A stretch of DNA of 11,086 nt, from the NCBI GenBank assembly GCA_046538155.1, contig JBKHJL010000032.1:1-11086 (forward strand), written 5' to 3'. Shown piece by piece: positions 1-6,677 of the stretch (the stretch's first letter is position 1; every line of letters begins with the position of its first letter). Origin of the DNA: Candidatus Micrarchaeia archaeon (GTDB lineage Archaea > Micrarchaeota > Micrarchaeia > Anstonellales > Bilamarchaeaceae). The translations under genes and the position numbers were made by a program. A model generated the notes under the pieces. It was not told the DNA's origin and did not search any database. It saw only the letters and a program-made list of their open reading frames with translations.

Positions 1-108
1 AAATTACTCAATACTGAGAGGCTTCGGGCCGTGGGGGCTTGAAGCCTTGGCCTCAAATTACTCAATACTGAGAGGCTTCGGGCCGTGGGGGCTTGAAGCC
101 TTGGCCTC
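1..108. repeat. Exact head-to-tail tandem duplication of a 54-bp unit (1-54 and 55-108), each copy containing a stem-loop
   Basis: Seen directly: aaattactcaatactgagaggcttcgggccgtgggggcttgaagccttggcctc occurs twice with no spacer. In each unit aggcttcgggcc (19-30) can pair with ggcttgaagcct (36-47), 12 bp including 2 G-U, around a 5-nt loop. The array may continue left of the window. Confidence 0.95.
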
Positions 109-123
109 AGCCAGCATCCGTTG

Positions 124-669
124 CTACTTTGGCAGTTCAAGAACCAGTTCCCTGAAATCCAAAAATTCCCGGCACAGAACATCGTGCCTGAATCCATACC
201 CAGAATAATAACTCCTAAGTGCAGAATAGCCCGAAGGACAACCTCCTGCAGGAATAATAGTTATGCGGGAAATATCATTTTCTTTGGCAACGAATTTGGA
301 TAATTCTATTGCGATGGGAAATATGCCATATCCTCTGTCCTCCGGGGCAGGCAGTCCGTACTCGGACCTGGGGGCAATTTCGGAATTTGTTTTCATTTTG
401 GATATTTTTACCCTATTATCCCCAGTGCGCATCTGGAGGAGAATCTCAAACAAAATCCTGCCCCTCTTTTTCCTAATTCCATCAATAGCGAGTTCATAAA
501 ACATTCCACCATAAAAAAGCCTGCCGGAAGCACCAAATCGTTCTCCAAGGGCATTTGAAAACGAATTCGGTGGCTCAAAAAACAGCCTTCTTTTTCTAAA
601 ATCCTTTGGGCAGTTCCTGGGCGCATTCCGTCTTGTGCAGGAATGCAGGGCCCTCTCTAACTTTACCAT
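124..669 (-). CDS. Hypothetical protein with a C-terminal GNAT (acetyltransferase)-like region, 181 aa
   Basis: PEDRGYGI (RGYG at nt 325-336) resembles GNAT acetyl-CoA-binding motif A. It is followed by a helix (IAIELSKFVAKEN), a strand (ISRITII) and ALRSYYSGYGF, which resembles the A-x-x-(F/Y)Y-x-x-x-GF motif B. The N-terminal half is unrecognised. A TATA-like element lies upstream. Confidence 0.6.
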   Translation of the reverse strand: MVKLERALHSCTRRNAPRNCPKDFRKRRLFFEPPNSFSNALGERFGASGRLFYGGMFYELAIDGIRKKRGRILFEILLQMRTGDNRVKISKMKTNSEIAPRSEYGLPAPEDRGYGIFPIAIELSKFVAKENDISRITIIPAGGCPSGYSALRSYYSGYGFRHDVLCREFLDFRELVLELPK

Positions 670-692
670 ATACCCACATATAACAACAAAAA

Positions 693-700
693 TAATTAAA
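693..700 (-). promoter_or_regulatory. Possible TATA box for the 124-669 gene (near-leaderless transcript)
   Basis: The minus strand reads TTTAATTA about 24-31 nt upstream of the ATG at 669, a spacing typical of leaderless archaeal mRNAs. The AT-rich context makes this weak. Confidence 0.4.
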
Positions 701-770
701 ATATGGCTGCTTTGAGCAATGAAAATGATTCACCTGAGGAAAACTGCTTGCCAACAGAAGTGTTTTCTGA

Positions 771-784
771 CGTGAATTTATAAA
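771..784 (+). promoter_or_regulatory. Archaeal BRE + TATA box for the plus-strand operon
   Basis: cgtgaa (BRE-like, 771-776) directly precedes TTTATAAA (777-784), about 30 nt upstream of the ATG at 815. Confidence 0.7.
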
Positions 785-814
785 GGTTCTCCAATACATA
801 TTTGATGGATTAAA

Positions 815-1765
815 ATGCAGGACAGCAGAGAACAGCCTCCGCCAGTGCCTCCCGAAGACATCATGAAAATGTCAAAGCATAAGCTTTCTTCGGACATAAA
901 CCCCAGGGAAATCTTCTGGGCAATAGTGGGCGCTTACAGGGAAGGCGAGGGCTTTGAAGAACTCGTAAAAAAATACAGCGGAATACGTGAGGCTCTAGTA
1001 AATATCGGCTGCAGCGTGCTTCAGGAGCCCAGCAAATCATACAGGATCAGGATTGCAAGAACAAAACTGGCAAAATGCCTATTTTCAATGATTGTGACAG
1101 GCAGGTGGGGGGACGTGCTGGAAAGAGCATTGTCCAACCTGTATTTGAGGAAAAAAGGTCCGAACCTGCAGATGCTAATGGCATTCGGGGACAGTTTTTC
1201 AGAAAACAAGGAAATTGTGGGCCCCTGGCTCAAGAGCCTGCTCTGCGAGGAGAGGCCTTCAGAAGAAGTGCTGGGTTACGTTGAGGGGGTGGGGGACAGG
1301 GAGCTGGTGAAATACCTGCGGACAGAGCTCCTTAATATTGCGAGAACAGAGATAAACGAGTCCCAGATTCTGGCAATGAAATCACTGGAAATGCTGCTCC
1401 CGGGAGATCGTGAAGTAGGAAAAATGTTCATAGACATGATGGACGACTGGGATATGGAAACAAAAGAAGTGGCCCTGAAAACACTGGCTAAATATTCAAT
1501 TCCAGAAGCAGGCAAAAAAGCAGTATCCATCTACACTTACGAGCCGGATGAAAAATTCAGAATGGTGTTGGAGCAGATAATTGATAAAAACAAGGAAGAA
1601 GCAAGAAGGGAATTCAGCAAAGCCTTCCTGCAGGCAAGGGGGCAGGATGCAGAAGCTCTTGGGGCCCTTGCAAAAAAAATATATGGGAAAAAGGGCGCGA
1701 GGAACTTGATTCCGGAAAACCTGCCAGACGGGGTGAAAAAAGAAGCAGAGGAAGCGGTGGGGTGA
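815..1765 (+). CDS. Alpha-helical HEAT/ARM-repeat-like hypothetical protein, 316 aa
   Basis: Long ORF with the same purine-rich composition as the operon. It has HEAT-like helix pairs (LRTELLNIARTEINESQILAMKSL; VGKMFIDMMDDWDMETKEVALKTL; AVSIYTYEPDEKFRMVLEQII) and a Pro-rich N-terminus. No kinase or other catalytic motifs are visible. Confidence 0.7.
   Translation: MQDSREQPPPVPPEDIMKMSKHKLSSDINPREIFWAIVGAYREGEGFEELVKKYSGIREALVNIGCSVLQEPSKSYRIRIARTKLAKCLFSMIVTGRWGDVLERALSNLYLRKKGPNLQMLMAFGDSFSENKEIVGPWLKSLLCEERPSEEVLGYVEGVGDRELVKYLRTELLNIARTEINESQILAMKSLEMLLPGDREVGKMFIDMMDDWDMETKEVALKTLAKYSIPEAGKKAVSIYTYEPDEKFRMVLEQIIDKNKEEARREFSKAFLQARGQDAEALGALAKKIYGKKGARNLIPENLPDGVKKEAEEAVG
1759..1765 (+). 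promoter_or_regulatory. Shine-Dalgarno site for the KH-domain gene, overlapping the upstream stop codon
   Basis: GGGGTGA (archaeal consensus GGAGGTGA) ends 4 nt before the GTG at 1770, and its TGA is the stop of 815-1765. Confidence 0.7.
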
Positions 1766-1769
1766 AAAA

Positions 1770-2291
1770 GTGGAAACAATCAGGATACCTGAGGAGAGGA
1801 TGGGGGAATTAATAGGGAAGGATGGAAAAAACAAAGGGGCAATAGAGGAAGCATTTGATGTTGAGATTACTGTAAAGGAAGATGGAGAAATTGTCATAGA
1901 GGGAAACGGGGCAGATGCTTTTTTCGCGAGAGACGTTGTGGAAGCGGTAGGAAGAGGATTTAGCATCGGGGATGCGGCTAAGCTTTTTAAATCTGGATAC
2001 ATATTTCACTCAATAGAGTTAAAGGACCAGTTTTCCACGGACAAAGCCCGCAAGAGGATGAAAGGAAGGGTAATAGGAGAAAAAGGCAAAATCAAGAAAG
2101 AGATAGAAGAATCCACTGACTCAAAAATAATGATTTATGGGCATACGGTTTCAATAATCGCGCCCGATGAGATGATGGAATTCGCAAAAGAAGCGGTGTT
2201 CAAGATACTGGACGGAGCGCCACACAGCACGGTAAAATCCTACCTGCGGGATGTGAGAAAGAGGAAACTGGCCATAAAATTAAAGGGATAA
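1770..2291 (+). CDS. KH-domain RNA-processing protein (archaeal Dim2/Pno1/Krr1 family), 173 aa
   Basis: Two KH GxxG loops (LIGKDG, RVIGEKG), the family motifs AVGRGF and IYGHTVSII, and a C-terminal GAPHSTV. It sits immediately upstream of top6B, the usual archaeal arrangement. GTG start. Confidence 0.93.
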   Translation: METIRIPEERMGELIGKDGKNKGAIEEAFDVEITVKEDGEIVIEGNGADAFFARDVVEAVGRGFSIGDAAKLFKSGYIFHSIELKDQFSTDKARKRMKGRVIGEKGKIKKEIEESTDSKIMIYGHTVSIIAPDEMMEFAKEAVFKILDGAPHSTVKSYLRDVRKRKLAIKLKG

Positions 2292-2292
2292 C

Positions 2293-3831
2293 ATGGCCAA
2301 AAACATATTTGGAGGATTCAGGGAATATTCTGTTGCCGAGTTCTTTAAGAAAAACAGGCAGATGCTCGGATTTTCCGGGAAAGTCAGGTCACTTACCACC
2401 ATCGTGCACGAGTATGTCACAAACTCCCTGGATGCGTGCGGGGAAGCAGGAATACACCCTCATGTAGAAGTATGGATAGGAGAAGTGGAAAAAAATAATA
2501 AATACAGTATAAAGGTAAAAGACAATGGGCCGGGAATACCTGAAAAACTGCTGGGCAAGGCATTAGGGATGATGCTTGCAGGCACCAAGTTCAACAGGTA
2601 TGTACAGCAGAGGGGGCAGCAGGGAATCGGGGCTGCCGGATGCACGATGTATTCCCTCATAACAACCGGGCAGCCGGTAAAATTCTCATCAACACATAAG
2701 GGTAAGAAGATAAGTGGGAAGCTGGGCATAGATTTCAAGGCAAACAAGCCGCTTCTTATGGAGGTGCAAAGGGAACACTGTTCAGAAGAAGGGCACGGGC
2801 TGGAAGTGGAGGGCATATTCGGGGAAACAAAATATGAGAAGGGGGGGCACGGAGTTGGGGAATATCTGAAAAGAACCGCAATAGCAAACCCCCATGCAAC
2901 AATAATATTCAACACCCCTGAAAAAGACAGGTTTGTTTATCCGCAATCCGTGGAGGAGCTTCCGGAAAAAGCAGAAGAAGTCAAGCCGCATCCACTGGGG
3001 GTGGGGCCCAATGACCTTGTGGACATAGCAAAAAAGGCAACAGGATACTCACGGCTTTCAGCAATGCTCCAGAACGAGTTTGCACGGGTGAGCCTAAACA
3101 AGGTAAAGGAACTGAGAGAGCTGGTGCCTGAAGTCACCTTTGACATGAGGCCCGGGAAACTCAACTGGAATGGTGCAGAAAAACTGGTGAATGGATTCAG
3201 GAAAGTGAAGTGGATTGCCCCTGCAACTGATTCAATAGTTCCGATAGGAAAAAAACAGATAGAAAAATCGCTGGAAAACATACTTAATCCGGAAGTGATA
3301 TATGTTACGAGCCGGCCTCCGAAAATTTACCGGGGAGGCATTCCCTTTGTGGTTGAAGTGGGGATAGCCTACGGGGGGGATATAATCAAAGAGGGGAAGG
3401 GAGGTGTGGTCATGCGGTTTGCAAACAGGGCGCCCCTGCTTTTTGATGCAGGAGGATGCGCAATAACCCAGACAGCAAAAGCTGTGGAATGGAAAAGATA
3501 CGAAATAAAGAAATTTGAAGAGGAACCAATAGCTATTCTGGTAAACATTGCCAGCGTATATGTGCCCTATACTTCTGCAGGAAAACAATCCATATCCGGG
3601 GAAGATGAAGTTGTTGAAGAAATGAAAAACGCAATGATGGAAGCGGGCAGGCATGTGCAGAAACACCTCTCCGGAAAAAGGAGGGCACGGGAAAAAAGCA
3701 CCAAAAAGAAGGCAGTCATGAGATATGTTGGGCAGATAAGCGCGGACCTGGCAGAACTAGCAGATGAAAAAGGGAAGGGGGAAAAACTGAAAGTATCCCT
3801 AAAAAAAATGATTGAGACGAGGTTTGAGTAG
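2293..3831 (+). CDS. top6B: DNA topoisomerase VI subunit B, 512 aa
   Basis: GHKL ATPase motifs HEYVTNSLDA, DNGPGI, GTKF and RGQQGIG; N-terminal SVAEFFKKNRQMLGF; transducer motifs RFANRAPL, WKRY and VPYTSAGKQSI. Adjacent to top6A. Confidence 0.98.
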   Translation: MAKNIFGGFREYSVAEFFKKNRQMLGFSGKVRSLTTIVHEYVTNSLDACGEAGIHPHVEVWIGEVEKNNKYSIKVKDNGPGIPEKLLGKALGMMLAGTKFNRYVQQRGQQGIGAAGCTMYSLITTGQPVKFSSTHKGKKISGKLGIDFKANKPLLMEVQREHCSEEGHGLEVEGIFGETKYEKGGHGVGEYLKRTAIANPHATIIFNTPEKDRFVYPQSVEELPEKAEEVKPHPLGVGPNDLVDIAKKATGYSRLSAMLQNEFARVSLNKVKELRELVPEVTFDMRPGKLNWNGAEKLVNGFRKVKWIAPATDSIVPIGKKQIEKSLENILNPEVIYVTSRPPKIYRGGIPFVVEVGIAYGGDIIKEGKGGVVMRFANRAPLLFDAGGCAITQTAKAVEWKRYEIKKFEEEPIAILVNIASVYVPYTSAGKQSISGEDEVVEEMKNAMMEAGRHVQKHLSGKRRAREKSTKKKAVMRYVGQISADLAELADEKGKGEKLKVSLKKMIETRFE

Positions 3832-4929
3832 ATGTCTGAAAAAGAAACAATCAAAAAATTATCGGGTCTCGGAAAGGAGATGATTGAGCAGATAGAACAT
3901 AACTGCTCACCGACATTTGAGGCCCCTTTGAGAAGCAGAGGCAACATAAAATACGATAATGCAGTGGGATACCTGCGGCTAGGGGGAAAAAAAGAAGAGA
4001 GGAAATTCCTGAACGTGGCGCAGGCAAGGACATTTATGCAGACCGTTGCCATAGCAAACAAGACCAAAAAATTTCTCCTGGAAGACCTGCATACAAGCAT
4101 CAGGGGCCTTTATTACCAGCTTAAGTTCAGCCTGGGGGAAAACCTGGACGAAAGCCTGTTTGAAGAACAGACCGAATCAAATGCCCTGGTTGAGGACCTG
4201 GAGGTTGCCATGGGAATAAAGAGAGAAGACCTCCACCTTACTACTGACAGGAAGGGAGTCGTTGCAGGAAGCATGACCGTGAAAGATAGCTTTGCAGGGG
4301 AAGAAACAATAATAGACTGCTCAAAACAGGGAAGAAGCGGATGGATGATTCCCAGCGATGTTGACAATGGAATGGAATTCGTGGATGTAAAAGCGGATTA
4401 TGTGCTGGTAGTAGAAAAAGATGCATTATGGCAGAGGCTCAATGAGGACAGGTTCTGGAAAAAGGACAACTGCATACTTATAACCCCAAAAGGCCAGGCA
4501 TCAAGGGGAACCCGGAGGATGATAAGAAGGCTGGCTGATAAGGGACTCCCTGTTTATGTATTTACAGACTGTGATGCATGGGGATGGTACATATACTGGA
4601 CAATAAAAACAGGGAGCATGAACCTTGCATACCTTGGAAGTGATTTCTCAATTCCCGAAGCCAGGTTTATAGGGGTAACCATGGGGGACATAGAACAATT
4701 TGAATTCCTGAAAAAGCTTACTATAAAGGCGAAGCCGATAGATATAAAAAGAGCTGAAGAGATGATTAATTATCCCTGGATAAATACGCACCCAGAGTGG
4801 GTAAAAGAGCTAAAAAAAGTGCTGGAGCAGAAGAAAAAGATAGAACAGGATGCGCTTCAGGGGCAAAAGCTCACATTTGTGGGAGAATATATCCGGGAAA
4901 AAATACGAAATAAAGAGTGGTTGCCATGA
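3832..4929 (+). CDS. top6A: DNA topoisomerase VI subunit A, 365 aa
   Basis: Winged-helix catalytic motif SIRGLYY (Y94/Y95), TOPRIM motifs VVEKDA and FTDCDAWG (DxD), plus KGQASRGTR and KIEQDAL. Starts immediately after the top6B stop. Confidence 0.98.
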   Translation: MSEKETIKKLSGLGKEMIEQIEHNCSPTFEAPLRSRGNIKYDNAVGYLRLGGKKEERKFLNVAQARTFMQTVAIANKTKKFLLEDLHTSIRGLYYQLKFSLGENLDESLFEEQTESNALVEDLEVAMGIKREDLHLTTDRKGVVAGSMTVKDSFAGEETIIDCSKQGRSGWMIPSDVDNGMEFVDVKADYVLVVEKDALWQRLNEDRFWKKDNCILITPKGQASRGTRRMIRRLADKGLPVYVFTDCDAWGWYIYWTIKTGSMNLAYLGSDFSIPEARFIGVTMGDIEQFEFLKKLTIKAKPIDIKRAEEMINYPWINTHPEWVKELKKVLEQKKKIEQDALQGQKLTFVGEYIREKIRNKEWLP

Positions 4930-6221
4930 ATCTGCCTTCTATGGCCTTAATCCAGCAGCTTGAAGAAACGCTAAAGGATGCCAGGCCCTTCAGACAGGAC
5001 AATATAGAGAAACTTGAGGACCTGCGTGAGCAGATGCTTTATTCGGGATTCAATGCCCCATTCAAAGGGATACTGCAGAGAACCATGGAAGAAGCAAAAG
5101 ACATGGAAGAGGCAGAATGGGCAGACCTTAAAAAACAGATAAGCTACTTCAAGCAGATTGCCGGGATGAAAAAATACAGCCTGGCGAGAGCGAGCATTGC
5201 GCTGTCTGCGCACCGGCTTTCAAGCCACTTCCTGGAAATGGGGTATGCGGATATCGCTGAGCACACCCCTCTGGACGGAAACCACCTTGCAATACTGATG
5301 GATTCAGGAGCAGAAGGGGTGCTCGCATACAGGACCATAATGGACAGGTTTGACATGATGGCGGAAGTGAGCAACTGCTTCCAGGTGAAGGTGAAAAACA
5401 AGGATGAAACCCACACAATCCAGATTGATGACAAGGAAAGAATAGATTACAAGGTTGCAAGGATGTTCGGGCTGGATGCCGTTGCTACTGATGTCAGGCC
5501 CAGTATGCGTAGGAAACCTCTGGTCGCCTCAAAGGGAGTAAGGATTTCCCTTGTCTCAGCGATAGTTAACTACATTTCAAAATCAGTGGAAGAAGAACTC
5601 CTTCAGAGTGAAGAGGGGGAAGTAAAAAAATACAATAACTTTCTCAGGGAAAAGGGAATACGGCCAGATGTCCGTATGGACCAAGTTGATGGTTACGAAG
5701 AAACAAAAGAGGAGATGGTAAAGGGGGGGCTGTTGGAGAAAAAAGAGGGGGAATACCGAGTGGGTAAAGAGCTTGCAAAAAAGCTGAATATGCGTAAAAA
5801 AGAAAGAAGGGAAAAAATCCTCAATCGGAGCACCATGCTGTTGCTCGCCCCCATGCTGAAATTTTACCTTACCACCACAAGGGAGCAGAGGAAAAAATCA
5901 AACCTTTATCCTGGGATGGCAGTGGTACCAAGCAACAGTCATTCAAGATTGTTCATATTCCTTTATGAAGCAGACCCGGAACTTCCCGCCCCCACGATAC
6001 TGCGCAGGAAAATGGAGATAGAGGAGATGGGGGTGAGAGTGGACCACCAGAAGCTTGCTGCAGCCCTTCTCCTGAAAGAAAGCGGGAAAGACGCAGAATG
6101 GGTTGCTGAATACCTGGGGATGGAAAGGGAGGAAGTGGAAAAAACCCCAATGCTTCTGGAATCCATTGAAAAAGAAGGTAGAGGAAGAGAATTCCTCAAA
6201 AGGATTAAAAAGGATGCGTGA
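4926..6221 (+). CDS. DUF530-like archaeal uncharacterised protein, about 431 aa, with a possible C-terminal HTH
   Basis: The N-terminus (LEDLREQMLYSGFNAPF...LKKQISYFKQIAGMKKYSLARASIALSAH, plus PLDGNH and NLYPG) matches my recollection of archaeal DUF530 proteins. The ATG at 4926 overlaps the top6A stop (ATGA), so I prefer it to the GTG at 4917. The C-terminal KDAEWVAEYLGMEREEVEK is HTH-like. Confidence 0.75.
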   Translation: MNLPSMALIQQLEETLKDARPFRQDNIEKLEDLREQMLYSGFNAPFKGILQRTMEEAKDMEEAEWADLKKQISYFKQIAGMKKYSLARASIALSAHRLSSHFLEMGYADIAEHTPLDGNHLAILMDSGAEGVLAYRTIMDRFDMMAEVSNCFQVKVKNKDETHTIQIDDKERIDYKVARMFGLDAVATDVRPSMRRKPLVASKGVRISLVSAIVNYISKSVEEELLQSEEGEVKKYNNFLREKGIRPDVRMDQVDGYEETKEEMVKGGLLEKKEGEYRVGKELAKKLNMRKKERREKILNRSTMLLLAPMLKFYLTTTREQRKKSNLYPGMAVVPSNSHSRLFIFLYEADPELPAPTILRRKMEIEEMGVRVDHQKLAAALLLKESGKDAEWVAEYLGMEREEVEKTPMLLESIEKEGRGREFLKRIKKDA

Positions 6222-6259
6222 GGAAAAGGAAAAATTCAAAAGTCGCAGGTAGATAACTT

Positions 6260-6664
6260 ATGGCAAATGGTTCAAAAGAAGCTAGTATTATTGAGCTTAA
6301 AGGAACAAGAGACCAGGTATACCAAAAAATATCCAGCAATGGTAATGCAGAAGAATTCTTCCTGAAAACAAAGCCCAATGTTATGATGTTTGTTGTGCTT
6401 CTTAATGAAACGAATATAAAGAGGCTTTACATAAGCGAGGGAATATCAAAAACAATACCTAAAAGAATAATGGGGAGCCTGGGAAAAAGCATAGATATTG
6501 TAGTGAAGAAATGCAGCAGGGGGAGGCCCCGGGAATATAATGAAAAAGAAGTAAGAAAAGTGCTCTCCAAAAAAACCAGCAATCAGGAAAAAATGAAGGA
6601 GCTGGACATGCCCAGAAGAACATTCTTCTACTGGAAAAAAAAGCTTGGGTTCGGTAAAAAATAA
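6260..6664 (+). CDS. DUF1699-like protein with a C-terminal resolvase-type helix-turn-helix (putative DNA-binding protein), 134 aa
   Basis: The N-terminal domain (KPNVMMFVVLLNETNIKRLYISEGISKTIPKRIMGSL) resembles archaeal DUF1699 proteins. RGRPREYN followed by QEKMKELDMPRRTFFYW is a GRP arm plus HTH_7-type motif. No serine-recombinase catalytic domain. Confidence 0.7.
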   Translation: MANGSKEASIIELKGTRDQVYQKISSNGNAEEFFLKTKPNVMMFVVLLNETNIKRLYISEGISKTIPKRIMGSLGKSIDIVVKKCSRGRPREYNEKEVRKVLSKKTSNQEKMKELDMPRRTFFYWKKKLGFGKK

Positions 6665-6677
6665 ACCGCTTAAGCTA

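Noticed and set aside
1..108. CRISPR array
   Set aside because: The 54-bp copies are contiguous and identical with no unique spacer, and there are no cas genes in the window.
19..120. tRNA 3' fragment or other stable RNA gene (minus strand ggcttcaagcccccacggcccg looks T-arm-like)
   Set aside because: No proper 5-bp T stem with a GTTC loop, no cloverleaf, and no SRP, RNase P or 5S motifs recognised.
58..126. TAG readthrough of the GNAT-like gene, or a 19-aa ORF MLAEAKASSPHGPKPLSIE
   Set aside because: The extension is short and runs into the repeat. top6B also ends in TAG with the next gene starting immediately, so TAG is a normal stop here.
2..208. Plus-strand open frame through the repeat (NYSILRGFGPWGLEALAS x2...)
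   Set aside because: No start codon in the window, it overlaps the GNAT-like gene antisense by about 85 bp, and the product is unrecognisable. It cannot be fully excluded as a gene tail.
596..799. 67-aa minus-strand ORF
   Set aside because: It spans the AT-rich divergent promoter region, overlaps the GNAT-like gene out of frame, and shows no coding signature.
4917..4925. GTG start at 4917 for the DUF530-like gene
   Set aside because: The ATG at 4926 gives the classic ATGA overlap with the top6A stop and is more plausible.
3832..4929. Spo11, mini-A or defence-type (Wadjet JetD/Gabija) TOPRIM gene
   Set aside because: It is a full-length canonical Top6A directly downstream of a canonical Top6B, i.e. 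housekeeping topo VI.
1021..6239. Numerous minus-strand and alternate-frame ORFs of 60-177 aa within the plus-strand operon
   Set aside because: These are mostly Phe/Ser/Pro-rich shadows of purine-rich real genes that carry clear conserved motifs.
6260..6664. Transposase or resolvase mobile element
   Set aside because: Only an HTH is present, with no DDE, serine or tyrosine catalytic domain and no terminal inverted repeats.
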